A stretch of 19,714 nucleotides of DNA from Candidatus Fraserbacteria bacterium (GCA_037442925.1 JBBIPG010000043.1:1-19714); one strand, 5' to 3'. Positions 1 to 7,665 are shown, counted from the first letter of the stretch. The notes: a model not told the origin generated them from the letters alone. Made by a program: numbers and translations.

Positions 1-21
1 TTGATGAGGCAATTCGCCCTC

Positions 22-50
22 TTGACTCCGTGAAAGACTTGTGATATTAT
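22..50 (+). promoter_or_regulatory. sigma70-type promoter with extended -10
   Basis: TTGACT (22-27), 17-bp spacer, TG at 42-43, TATTAT (45-50), directly upstream of the riboswitch aptamer. Confidence 0.8.
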
Positions 51-62
51 AACATAAATGTA

Positions 63-156
63 TCCGATAAGGGCAAACCCAGCGAAAGCTGGGGACGTAA
101 AGCCACGGGTCTGAACGCTTGAAAGGGAGCAAGTATGGCGGCTGGGCTGCCGAAGG
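63..156 (+). ncRNA. c-di-GMP-I (GEMM-I) riboswitch
   Basis: Consensus elements in order: AGGGCAAACC, CCCAGC-GAAA-GCTGGG (GNRA-capped P2), GACGTAAAGCC, CGGGTCTGA, ATGGCGGCTGGGCTGCCGA. Equivalents of G20 (g72), A47 (a99) and C92 (c150) are present. Lies in the 5' leader between the promoter and the first CDS. Confidence 0.92.
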
Positions 157-243
157 TGAGAGCACATTTCTCTTTGTTAACCACAGTGAAATCCATCTTT
201 AGCCTTGGCAATTCCTATCTTACCTCAAGGGAGGGAGTGCAAG

Positions 244-1005
244 ATGATCAAGACACGTCAGGAGAGTCAGGATGCATTGGGTTTTACTCGCAGGAGAATC
301 TTAAAGGCAACGGTTATCGGGGCAGGCTTGATAACACTAAATGGATTGGCAGGGTGTACAGAGTTCTTGCCACGGAAAGCTGAGGAGAGCGACAAAGTAG
401 CGAACTTAGAGGCACAGGGTGCGAAGATCGATAGAGATCTCTTGCAGGCGACCTTGGAGCAGTGGAGGAAGGTGGTCAGAGTTCAGAACGGACTTGAAAC
501 AACCACGGTGAGCCAGATGGCAGAATGGGAAGACATAGCGAAGCAGATGACGTTCCGTTTGCTTGACCAAGTCGATGCCAGCGGGTTAGACGCTGAGATC
601 AGCCGTGGATTGGCGGATCTTCCTGAAGAGGTGACGTTCCCCCGCCGGATCACATCGCAATTCATAGCAAAGCTAGAGGATGTTCTTAGGCCGGAGCAAG
701 TCAAGGTGTTGGAGGAGAGGCTCTCCAAGCCAGTGAAGAAATCGCAGGTCGTTGACCCTCTGTTAAGAGAAGGTGGTGTGAGTGCACACCTGCGGAAACT
801 TCTCAGTTCCGTGGAGTCACACACGGCTTCTCAAGGAGTAGTCAAGGCCCTTGGATGTCCGTCAACTTCCGTCGGAATCTGCTCCTTTGCCTTCATTGTG
901 GCCTTCACGTTCTGCGCTTTCGATTATGATTGCTCTGTGTCAGCTGGTGTCGCATCTGCCGTTTGCCTAGCTGCTCTTCTAGCGGGTGGATGCATCCAAC
1001 CATAG
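244..1005 (+). CDS. Tat-exported lipoprotein with C-terminal hydrophobic six-Cys domain (paralog A)
   Basis: ATG 244 follows GGAGGGAG, so it is preferred to TTG 205. Twin-arginine motif TRRRILK, lipobox LAG-C, helical middle domain, tail C-x7-C-x10-C-x5-C-x10-C-x8-C. Aligns with 1587-2348. Confidence 0.85.
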   Translation: MIKTRQESQDALGFTRRRILKATVIGAGLITLNGLAGCTEFLPRKAEESDKVANLEAQGAKIDRDLLQATLEQWRKVVRVQNGLETTTVSQMAEWEDIAKQMTFRLLDQVDASGLDAEISRGLADLPEEVTFPRRITSQFIAKLEDVLRPEQVKVLEERLSKPVKKSQVVDPLLREGGVSAHLRKLLSSVESHTASQGVVKALGCPSTSVGICSFAFIVAFTFCAFDYDCSVSAGVASAVCLAALLAGGCIQP

Positions 1006-1034
1006 CATATCTACTGCGGAGGTGATATTTCCCG

Positions 1035-1565
1035 ATGGGAAAGATCCTTGCTATTGTCATTCTTGCCGTCTGTGTGACACTCCCTGTTCAGGCAGTCGGT
1101 CAACCCCTGATAGGGATCACAGAGGAGTTCATCGCTGGCACGGTGGGTGCTTTGGTCGGAGCCTTTTGGGCTACGTATCCGGACTTGTTCTCCGTTTCTG
1201 GACAGGTTCCAGAGAAGATCTGTACATATCAGGAGGAGAAGAAAACCGATCCAGCGCAAGGGACTGTCACGACCATCATTACTCAAAGTCAAATGCGAGC
1301 AAATTATCGTCTGGGAGTAGGTACGTTCAGCGCAATGGCTGTCGGTTACGTCAGATTATCCAAGCACAAGGGAATTGATGATCCCTTTGGCCGCCCTGTC
1401 CTCGTCATCATAGGTTTGAATGGAGGGCTCGCATTGGCCTGTATGACATTGCCACATATTCAGCAACTTGGAGACTCTCCTGCGATCACCGTACTCAAAC
1501 TGGCCACAACTGTCGCGTTGCCTGCCCTTATCACGGGATGGTTCGCATCTGTGGGTCTAAAATAG
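1035..1565 (+). CDS. Signal-peptide-bearing multi-pass membrane protein, function unknown (candidate immunity/partner)
   Basis: RBS GGAGGTG upstream; signal peptide ending VQA; about four Gly/Ala-rich hydrophobic segments. Confidence 0.75.
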   Translation: MGKILAIVILAVCVTLPVQAVGQPLIGITEEFIAGTVGALVGAFWATYPDLFSVSGQVPEKICTYQEEKKTDPAQGTVTTIITQSQMRANYRLGVGTFSAMAVGYVRLSKHKGIDDPFGRPVLVIIGLNGGLALACMTLPHIQQLGDSPAITVLKLATTVALPALITGWFASVGLK

Positions 1566-1586
1566 ATCTTCTAAAGGGGGTACAGC

Positions 1587-2348
1587 ATGGCAGAATTGAA
1601 TCGGCGGCAGATGCTAAGGCTATTGGGAGTAGGAGGCTGTGTACTGACATTGGGAGCACTGAATGGCTGCGCTCTGCCTCTGAGATGGGATTCCTCCCTA
1701 GCAAAGGGGGAAGCAAGCAGTATGGGACTCGGTAAAGCCGAGCTCGACAGAGGCTTGGCACAAGCAACTCTCGATCAATGGAAGAAGGTGCTAAGGGTGC
1801 AGCATGGAATGGAGAACGTCTCTCCCTCAGAAGTTGAAAGACGGATTACACACGCGAAGGATCTGACCTTGCGGTTGCTGAACCACATCGATGAGATTGG
1901 CCTGAGCAAAAAGATCGATGGTGCGCTGATTGGGAGCCCAGAGGAAATCGTTGTCTCTGAAAATGATGTCTATGAAGCTACCCGCATCTTGCAAGATGCG
2001 ATGCCTGCTGATGAACTCCAAGAACTTAAGAAGCGAATACCAAGAAGAGTAAGCAAGAGCGCTGCGTTGGACCCGATCTTGAAAGAAGGTGGCGTGAGCC
2101 AACACTTCCGCAATGTCATGGCACAACTCAACGTTCAGGCATCAGTTCTTAAAACCGCCAATTCAGAAGAGGCCGAAGCAGGTCAGTTTGTAACAGCGAT
2201 GGGTAGCAATTGCTCGTGGGGCGTTGGCGTCTGTGCTGTTCTGTTTACTCTGTTACTGCTAACCTGTGGTGATGAATGCAGTCAATCAACAACTGATGTC
2301 GTAATCGCTGTCTGTTTCGCAGGCATCGTCGTGAGTTGTGGATCTTAA
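1587..2348 (+). CDS. Tat-exported lipoprotein with C-terminal hydrophobic six-Cys domain (paralog B)
   Basis: RBS AAGGGGG; NRRQMLR Tat motif; lipobox LNG-C; shares QATLxQWxKVxRVQxG and DPxLxEGGVSxH with paralog A; tail C-x6-C-x10-C-x3-C-x11-C-x7-C. Confidence 0.85.
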   Translation: MAELNRRQMLRLLGVGGCVLTLGALNGCALPLRWDSSLAKGEASSMGLGKAELDRGLAQATLDQWKKVLRVQHGMENVSPSEVERRITHAKDLTLRLLNHIDEIGLSKKIDGALIGSPEEIVVSENDVYEATRILQDAMPADELQELKKRIPRRVSKSAALDPILKEGGVSQHFRNVMAQLNVQASVLKTANSEEAEAGQFVTAMGSNCSWGVGVCAVLFTLLLLTCGDECSQSTTDVVIAVCFAGIVVSCGS

Positions 2349-2603
2349 CGTCAGGAGGATGAACGCTCTTCGGCGCGATCTTCTCCATCACGGGCTTCAT
2401 CATCATTCTGTAACGATTGACAGGCTTGGTGGGCCAAAGGTGAATGAAAGCCATGCGGGTAACTTGGACAAGGTGGGGGACGTAGCGCCGCCATGCTCGT
2501 AATGGGCCAACGCAACTGAGGAAGCTTCTCCAATCGCCTGTCCTTATCTGGATCGGGTTCATCTCGGGCGGAGTGGGAGCGACCTTACTGATCACTTCTT
2601 TGT

Positions 2604-2640
2604 GAGAGAGGAGGGTAGGGGACTGCCTTCTTCTCTCTTA
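2604..2640 (+). terminator. 15-bp stem-loop closing the riboswitch operon (probable terminator)
   Basis: GAGAGAGGAGGGTAG-GGGA-CTGCCTTCTTCTCTC; three G-U pairs form only on the + strand; GNRA loop; weak U-tract. Confidence 0.6.
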
Positions 2641-2678
2641 CAGTTCTGTGCTACACAATCACTCAGCAATGTGCCGCA

Positions 2679-2708
2679 TTGACTCTTCTCGAGAAAACTT
2701 GCCATAAT
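2679..2708 (+). promoter_or_regulatory. sigma70-type promoter
   Basis: TTGACT (2679-2684), 18-bp spacer, TGn-CATAAT (2703-2708). Confidence 0.7.
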
Positions 2709-2713
2709 AGCAC

Positions 2714-2845
2714 ATGGAGCAGATGAGTGCGTGGGCTTCATTGTTGGTCGCCATTGCTGCACTGCTGGTCTCGGTCGGTGCCCTGATCGTCTTCCTCCGT
2801 CTGGCTCGACTTCTCGAGCAGATGGAAGAGCGCTTCAAAAAATAA
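2714..2845 (+). CDS. Small single-TM protein, 43 aa (absent from the ORF track)
   Basis: MEQMSAWASLLVAIAALLVSVGALIVFLRLARLLEQMEERFKK*: one TM helix plus a charged amphipathic tail, with its own promoter. Alternative start at ATG 2723. Confidence 0.75.
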   Translation: MEQMSAWASLLVAIAALLVSVGALIVFLRLARLLEQMEERFKK

Positions 2846-2850
2846 GCTGC

Positions 2851-2900
2851 GAAAGAAGAGAGGAGCCCGCAGCCCCTACCCTACGAGCTACGAACTCCTT
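2851..2900 (-). terminator. Intrinsic terminator of the S8 protease gene
   Basis: On the minus strand GGAGTTCGTAGCTC pairs with GGGCTGCGGGCTCC (with G-U pairs), followed by TCTCTTCTTTC, about 10 nt after the stop. Confidence 0.7.
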
Positions 2901-2909
2901 CTTTGTCTT

Positions 2910-5900
2910 TTAGCTTTGCCCTAGGGGCACACAGTTGCTCAGCGAGCTATCGCAGACATCGATGTTCTCGATGGAGAACGGCAGTAGATTTCCATTTCGG
3001 GCCTTCAGGACGAAGTCTCCAGTCTGGTTCGTCAACCTGACCTCAACAGCTCGATCTCCAACGACAACGAAGGCCGAAACCTGGGGCCACCTCTCTCGGT
3101 TTGCGTCCCCATCCATATCCATCTCTGGGGTGAAGTGAAGAGGCTGAGAATCAGGGGGATAGAAATTGACCCTGAAGGTATAGACGACCTTGCCGTCGCG
3201 AGCGGTTCCCTTCAGTAAGATGTTAGGGTTACTTCGATTTGAACCGGTCAGTTGCGCTTGCTCCGCGGAGGCATTGCCGACGACCTGGGGCTGTGAAACG
3301 TCGAGGAAGCCTCTAGGGGACAAGTTCCGGATGAGGATCTGGAAGGGATGATCGCTCGTCCAAGAAGGATCACCTTGCACGACTACTTGAAGATTGTTCG
3401 GCTTATTCCCGATGAGGAAGAATCCGGCTTGGGCAGGAAGCGGGGGCAGTGGCGGTGGTGTCTGGCTCACGGCGATCGTCTGAGAAACTGAGTTTGTAAG
3501 ACCACCGTTATCCGTGACGATGAGCGTCACCTGAGCGTTTCCTGCCCTAGAGAAACTGGTCTGCACGGTGGCTCCTGTGGCATCGGCTCGTCCGTCGCCG
3601 TTGAAATCCCACTGGTAGCGTACGATCTGGCCATCGGGGTCCGAAGAACCAGAGCCATCGAAGGTCACGACTTGATTCACAGTGGGATTCTGAGGGCTGA
3701 ACGTGAATTGAGCGATCGGCGGCTGATTGACAGGACGTTGGCTCACTTGCACCTCTTGCGCTGTCGAATGCGTTGCGCCTTGATTATCTGTGACCGTAAG
3801 CGTGACGCGGTATGTACGAACACTGGCAAAGCGCACGGTCACTCGGACGCCCTGGGCCTCGACACGGGTCGTCCCCTCAAAGAGCCAACGCCAACTCGTG
3901 ATGAACCCATCTGGATCTGAGGAGCTGGAGCCATCGAACGTGACGGAGTCATTCACGAGTGGCTGACTGGGGCTGAACGTGAAGCGTGCCACCGGCGGTT
4001 GGTTCGTGGGCTGTGAGGAAGTCACTTGGAATGACGCGACATCCCATGCGAAGTTGAGCGATGGATTGATCGACTGAATGCGCTGCGTGAGTATAGAGCG
4101 GAATGTATTTGGGTCTGTGAATGTGCTATTTCGTTGGCCGTCAAGTTGCAGATTCACAGCTCCGGAGACGAGGGTCCCATGAACGCTCTCTAGGCCTGTG
4201 GGTTCGCTGATCTGGAGACGAGAGACGCCGAGAAGGCTCGCCAGATTGTAGCTGCCGGCCCGCAGGAATGCGTTCCCCGATTCCCTGGTGGGATAGAGGA
4301 TTGTGACGAGTCCTTGAGCGTCCACATCATAGAGATAGACGTAGCCGTCGGCGTTCGTGATGAACTGAACACGGATTTCGTCCCCGACACGATAGCTCGT
4401 CCGATCCGTCTGGACATCGATGCTGAGCGTTGAGGGTGTTTGAGCGGTCACGGTGATTTGTGAGCTGTTGTTGCTCTCGTTGGATTCGCTCACTTGGTTG
4501 AAGATATCGGCGATGGCTTGGAAGGTCTCCGAGTTCGTGAGGATGGATCTCTGGAAGCTCAGGCGGACGGAAGAGCCAGCTGCCAAACCTCCCACGGTCA
4601 GGCGGTCCGAGCCGCGACTATCGCGCAGTTCAACAGTGAAGGGGCCGGCCGCCGCGTTGCCCTGGTTGACGACCGTGATGGCAAAACTGATGGGGTCACC
4701 CAGACGAGGTGCTTGAGGTGTGAATTCAAAACCGGAGATGATGAGATCGGGTAGCTGCTGAATCTGTTGTGCCGTTACTGTCAATTGTGCCGTGTTGTTG
4801 GATTCATTCGCCTCGCTCACTTGATTGAAGGGATCTGCTGTGAGGGTGAGCGTGTCGCTGGAGGCGTTCACTTGACGATTGAAGCTGATATTCGTCGAAG
4901 CTCCCGCAGCGAGGCCAGAGAAATTCTGAGTGAGGGTCCCAAAACTGTCTCGCAGTTCCACGACGAATGGACCTGCTGTCGCATTTCCTTGGTTTCTCAC
5001 CTGAGCTGTCACAGTGATGAAGTCTCCCAGACGGGGACTGCGCGGAGAAAAGTCGGCACCGATGATCGTAAGATCTGGTCGTTGAGCGATCTGAACTGTT
5101 AGGTTGAGCCTCCCGGCGCCGAACTGAGTGGGAGAGCCCATAGGGATAGCTCCTCCCTTAAGTCGGGACTCGAGGCCACTGGCGGTGAGTGTTGGGTTCT
5201 CCGAGAGCAAGAGAGCCGCCGCACCGGCCACGTGCGGAGCCGAAGCAGAAGTCCCGATGAAGGGGCTAAAGCCCGCCGTGGAGGTGGAGACGCTATCGGG
5301 TCCGGTGATATCCGGCTTGCTTCGCCCGTCTGTTGTGGGTCCTTGCGAGCTGAATGGCTGAAGCGGACCTGTCGTCCAGTTCAGGTACGAGACCGCACCG
5401 ACGGCGATGGCGGAAGCAGCATCGGCGGGCGTCACAAGGCTTCCCGCTGAGATGAAGGGATTGATGTTCTGGTTGAGATTGAAGAGCGATAGCTGTTTGG
5501 GCGAAGTGACGGTGGCGGCCTTGACGCGGAGCTCATATGTCCCACCGGAAGTCAAACGAACTGTCAAGTTTTCTGTGGGCGGTTGACTCCCGTTTTGGAG
5601 CCGCTCGGATGAAGCGACCGTCACTCCAGTGCTGCTCACGAGGAAGAGATCATAGTCTTGAGCACTCGTTGGCCAGTCTTGCCAGGTGAGGAAGGCGTTG
5701 ACGGTCTCGCCGGCTTGGGCGGTGAACTGCAATCCTTCGCGACCAGAGGCGAATTCCACAAAGGTATTGCCGTTGCTGTCCGTGGCGAATCCCTGCCAGT
5801 GGCGCAGGCCGTAGTTGCCTGCCGCGTTCACCCAGAGGATGTCGGCGGCGCGAGCCCTCTGAACAGCGGCGGCGATCGGTCCCGTTCCGTCGTAGAAGCT

Positions 5901-6722
5901 CGTGTTGAACCACCCGACAGAGTGGTTGATGATGTCCACTCCTTGCCGGATGGCCTCATCGACGGCATTCTCGAGATCGACTTCATCGGCGATCTTCATC
6001 AAGTAGAGCTGAGCGTCCGGAGCCATGTCGTAGACGATCTCTGCCACGGCCGTCCCGTGAGAGGTCGTGCTCTCCAGTCCCGTGCCACTGAAATCGAATG
6101 TCTGGGTGTTTACGGGGAGTTCTCCCCGAGATCTTGCCGTGGAGAACCCAGCGAAGCCTAAGTCGATCACGGCGATCTTCGCGCCTTGCCCTCGGAGGCC
6201 ATTGCCGTGATACGAGGAACCTCCGCTGACCCCGACTCCCTCACTCACGACTAAAGCTTGCGGTGCCAAGGGAGGCCGGATGTACGTGATCCCGGTAATC
6301 GATGCTACCTGGAGGAGGACTGCAAGGGGTGTAGTGATAGCGGAAGTAAGGGGTATCTGAAGCTCAAGGAAGTTACGCGACTGGGATCGGACAATGCTAC
6401 TTCCGGTGAGTTGAGCTGCCACAGCTGCCACAGCACCCACGATGCCCGCAGCTGAGCCGGAGGTCTGGGCGATGACCGTGATCGTGTTGCCCTGGATGGG
6501 GATGCCCGCTTGGCTGGCGGCTTGTTGGACGGCTTGGCTGCTCACGCTGCTGCTTTGCACCATCTGGAGTAGCTGGACCAAGACACTGTCTACCTTTGGG
6601 TTGGGGGTGGTCTTCTGTGCGCTCGTGGTGTGAGTGGCCTGATCCACCCAACTTGTGGCACCCAGCAGCAAGAGGGTGAGGCTTACGATTGCCAGTGTTC
6701 GTAAAATGTGCGCTTTCTTCAT
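2910..6722 (-). CDS. Secreted multidomain S8 subtilisin-like serine protease (propeptide, S8, 2x CARDB, DUF4384-like, 2x PKD, C-terminal beta domain)
   Basis: Signal peptide; catalytic motifs VIDLG (Asp), HGTAVA (His), AAGN (oxyanion Asn), GTSASAPHVAG (Ser); two PDL...NQGxAxAGPF...ESNExNN CARDB repeats; two NQPPxAxF...DGSxSSDPDG...W...V.LxVTDNxG PKD repeats; RBS GAAGGAGG. Confidence 0.95.
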   Translation of the reverse strand: MKKAHILRTLAIVSLTLLLLGATSWVDQATHTTSAQKTTPNPKVDSVLVQLLQMVQSSSVSSQAVQQAASQAGIPIQGNTITVIAQTSGSAAGIVGAVAAVAAQLTGSSIVRSQSRNFLELQIPLTSAITTPLAVLLQVASITGITYIRPPLAPQALVVSEGVGVSGGSSYHGNGLRGQGAKIAVIDLGFAGFSTARSRGELPVNTQTFDFSGTGLESTTSHGTAVAEIVYDMAPDAQLYLMKIADEVDLENAVDEAIRQGVDIINHSVGWFNTSFYDGTGPIAAAVQRARAADILWVNAAGNYGLRHWQGFATDSNGNTFVEFASGREGLQFTAQAGETVNAFLTWQDWPTSAQDYDLFLVSSTGVTVASSERLQNGSQPPTENLTVRLTSGGTYELRVKAATVTSPKQLSLFNLNQNINPFISAGSLVTPADAASAIAVGAVSYLNWTTGPLQPFSSQGPTTDGRSKPDITGPDSVSTSTAGFSPFIGTSASAPHVAGAAALLLSENPTLTASGLESRLKGGAIPMGSPTQFGAGRLNLTVQIAQRPDLTIIGADFSPRSPRLGDFITVTAQVRNQGNATAGPFVVELRDSFGTLTQNFSGLAAGASTNISFNRQVNASSDTLTLTADPFNQVSEANESNNTAQLTVTAQQIQQLPDLIISGFEFTPQAPRLGDPISFAITVVNQGNAAAGPFTVELRDSRGSDRLTVGGLAAGSSVRLSFQRSILTNSETFQAIADIFNQVSESNESNNSSQITVTAQTPSTLSIDVQTDRTSYRVGDEIRVQFITNADGYVYLYDVDAQGLVTILYPTRESGNAFLRAGSYNLASLLGVSRLQISEPTGLESVHGTLVSGAVNLQLDGQRNSTFTDPNTFRSILTQRIQSINPSLNFAWDVASFQVTSSQPTNQPPVARFTFSPSQPLVNDSVTFDGSSSSDPDGFITSWRWLFEGTTRVEAQGVRVTVRFASVRTYRVTLTVTDNQGATHSTAQEVQVSQRPVNQPPIAQFTFSPQNPTVNQVVTFDGSGSSDPDGQIVRYQWDFNGDGRADATGATVQTSFSRAGNAQVTLIVTDNGGLTNSVSQTIAVSQTPPPLPPLPAQAGFFLIGNKPNNLQVVVQGDPSWTSDHPFQILIRNLSPRGFLDVSQPQVVGNASAEQAQLTGSNRSNPNILLKGTARDGKVVYTFRVNFYPPDSQPLHFTPEMDMDGDANRERWPQVSAFVVVGDRAVEVRLTNQTGDFVLKARNGNLLPFSIENIDVCDSSLSNCVPLGQS

Positions 6723-6759
6723 GAAGATGTACCTCCTTCATTCATCGCACAAAGGCGTC

Positions 6760-7596
6760 TTAGAGGCTTGGTGGCTGGGGGCGACTGGGGAGCCGGACGA
6801 AGGTCACCGCAGGGTCACGTGCCAGATCCGCCAGTCGGTGGATGAGTGCTTGTACTCGTACGAGTCCACCACTGCGCGATTCGATTACCAGATTCAATCC
6901 CTCCGGAAGCTCGGCATCGGGTGAGTTGAGCTCAACGATCACCACGGCTCTCAACCCGGAGAGCTCGATCTGGTTCGTGCTGGCATAGTCCTTCCAGTCG
7001 GGTGCGAGCATTAGCCCATAGAGCACGGAGTCCAGCCGCACGCCCTCCGGTGGCGCGGCCTTACTGGATGGAATCAATGGCTCGAATTTCAAGGACCCTG
7101 TCTGCGTGGGCAGCACTCCCAAAGGACTGAATGTCGAGAGGATTTCGCTCACATCTTCGGAGCTAAGCTCTGACTTGGGCACGTTGGGAGAGACGATGAG
7201 TTCATATCCCATGGGCACATCCGGCGATGGGCGCAGGTTGAGCCGCCAATTCGGTTCATCCAGGCGGATCCAGAAATTCTGCCCATCGACGTGCAACTGT
7301 GGAGGTGTAAAGAACTGCTCTTCCTGCAAGGGGCTGCACGAGGTGCAAGGCAGCAGGCCTTTGAGATACGTCACGTCCCGTCCCGTCTGAATCCGAATCC
7401 AGTAGTCGAGTCCTTGGGCCGCCTGGATGACACTGAGGATGTCATTCTGCGGCGGAGGCAGGAGTGCTCGGAAGTGGCTCTGAGCACCTACGGCCGCTCC
7501 TGTACTGCTCGTGTTCATCCAGAATCCGATGAGTGTGCTTAGAACAAGGAGTGTGGCTCCAAGTCCGATCCATAGTTCAGTGAGGTGGATTCTCAT
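6760..7596 (-). CDS. Membrane-anchored/secreted protein with a C-terminal subtilase-propeptide-like domain
   Basis: RBS GGAGG; N-terminal hydrophobic helix; last ~90 aa align by eye with the propeptide of the adjacent S8 protease. Confidence 0.75.
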   Translation of the reverse strand: MRIHLTELWIGLGATLLVLSTLIGFWMNTSSTGAAVGAQSHFRALLPPPQNDILSVIQAAQGLDYWIRIQTGRDVTYLKGLLPCTSCSPLQEEQFFTPPQLHVDGQNFWIRLDEPNWRLNLRPSPDVPMGYELIVSPNVPKSELSSEDVSEILSTFSPLGVLPTQTGSLKFEPLIPSSKAAPPEGVRLDSVLYGLMLAPDWKDYASTNQIELSGLRAVVIVELNSPDAELPEGLNLVIESRSGGLVRVQALIHRLADLARDPAVTFVRLPSRPQPPSL

Positions 7597-7621
7597 TGTT
7601 TCCTCCTCTCCGGATGTTCGG

Positions 7622-7654
7622 AGGGGGAGCCCACTTGAGGAGCTCCCCCTTTTT
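7622..7654. other. Intergenic inverted repeat (RNA stem-loop)
   Basis: AGGGGGAGC...GCTCCCCCT; the T-run lies on the + (antisense) side only. Confidence 0.6.
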
Positions 7655-7665
7655 GTTGAGTGTCG

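Noticed and set aside
70..77. c-AMP-GMP (GEMM-Ib) riboswitch variant
   Set aside because: The discriminator position is G (AGGGCAAA), not A.
205..243. TTG start for paralog A
   Set aside because: The RBS lies just before ATG 244, which also places the Tat motif at a normal distance from the N-terminus.
135..383. 82-aa ORF beginning inside the riboswitch
   Set aside because: It starts within aptamer P3, overlaps paralog A out of frame and has no protein-like features.
856..2348. Calling the tails halocin C8 or sactipeptide/ranthipeptide/lanthipeptide cores
   Set aside because: There are six Cys with different spacing from halocin C8, and no radical-SAM, Lan or YcaO enzyme is in the window. 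Only an architectural analogy is supported.
2351..2605. TGA recoding to rescue an ORF
   Set aside because: The frame also contains TAA and TAG stops, and TGA terminates several clear genes in this window.
2731..2913. 60-aa + strand ORF from the track
   Set aside because: It is a different frame from the more convincing 43-aa TM protein and runs through the terminator hairpin.
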